In this document: piece after piece, positions 63,250 through 64,000 of the stretch
Layout of the letters: each line of letters opens with the position of its first letter
Numbering within the stretch: position 1 is the first letter of the stretch
Assembly (NCBI RefSeq): GCF_036321535.1
Contig: NC_087437.1
Coordinates: forward strand, 115,694,001 to 115,758,000
Source: Camelus dromedarius
Lineage: Eukaryota
Direction of reading: 5' to 3'
DNA: 64,000 bases
The notes under the pieces: generated by a model
Databases searched by the model: none
What the model saw: the letters and a program-made list of their open reading frames with translations, nothing else
Told to the model about the DNA's origin: nothing
Translations under genes and position numbers: made by a program

Positions 63250-63769
63250 TGTAATAGGGAGGAACAAGCCTGACTCCATATGAGGTCTGTTCCCTTGGCT
63301 CCAACCCGGGGCTCGGTCTCCTGTGCTGAGTCCTGCTGGTTCTGCACCTTTTGTAACAGAACGTGGCCTAGAGCCTGAAATCTGCAGGAGTGCCCGTCCT
63401 CAAGGCTCTGGCCCTTAAGGGTAGAACACTTTCCCATTAGTGTAGAGATAAGAAGTTGCAGAACAGAGAATAGCATTTGTCTTGTTGGGGGTTTACAGGG
63501 ACACTGTGACCTGACCTACATGGACAGCTGCAAGAACTAAGGATTCTGACACCAAGAAGTTTGCAACAACCAACCACAGCCCGTCCCCTTTCTAGTGTAA
63601 AAGGAGCCTGAATTCTGACTTAAGAGAGATGATTCTTCAGGACTTTAGTCTGCCATCCTCTCGATCTGCTGGCTTGTGGAATAAAGTCGTTATTCCTTGC
63701 CCCAACACCTCGTCTCCTGACTTACTGGCCTGTTGTGGGCTGAGCAGGACCAGTTTGGACGCAGTAACA
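63250..63769 (+). mobile_element. ERV1-type solo LTR, copy 3
   Basis: TGTAATAGGG...CAGTAACA; 4-bp target duplication CCTT (63246-63249 and 63770-63773); AATAAA at 63680-63685. Confidence 0.92.
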
Positions 63770-64000
63770 CCTTGATTCTTCCTGATGACCAGGGCATTCC
63801 TGGTGGCAGTGACTCACATGTGAGGGACAGCATTTCTTCCTCTGAGACCGTGACCTAGAGCCCAGCCTTGAGATGGAAGAGAAAGGAGACAGAGGCGGGT
63901 AGGAGGCCAGGCCAACAGGTGCGATGCTGGGGCCAGTTCTGAAGAACATTGTCCCTCCACTGGGGGGAGCTACTGTCCCTGCCGTCTCCTCTCCTGTTTC

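Noticed and set aside
48771..63769. Two similar LTRs as the ends of one provirus
   Set aside because: Copy 3 has its own CCTT target duplication, no gag/pol/env is visible, and the interval contains much older MIR and L2 elements.

Overview
Mammalian genomic DNA, very probably camelid (a tRNA-derived Vic-1-type SINE sits at 39224-39340). The only supportable protein-coding sequence is the terminal coding exon of KCNJ6 (GIRK2/Kir3.2) on the minus strand: splice acceptor at 33165-33166, stop at 32839-32841, C-terminus ESKV. Sequence to the right (33165-64000) is inferred to be the long last intron. Sequence to the left is 3'UTR, possibly reaching a good poly(A) site at about 16905, and then downstream DNA. 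The rest is ordinary mammalian interspersed repeat (L1, L2, MIR, MaLR/ERV LTRs, hAT elements) and microsatellites; repeat family names are from recognition by eye, not a database search. I see no evidence for a new multi-gene system. The most interesting items are small: a dense TGACAG (MEIS/TALE) motif cluster, paired Pumilio elements around a proximal poly(A) signal, a candidate ~16 kb 3'UTR, a perfect 59-bp templated insertion, a four-element nested transposon stack with a short L1 3' transduction, and three same-family solo LTRs antisense to KCNJ6.
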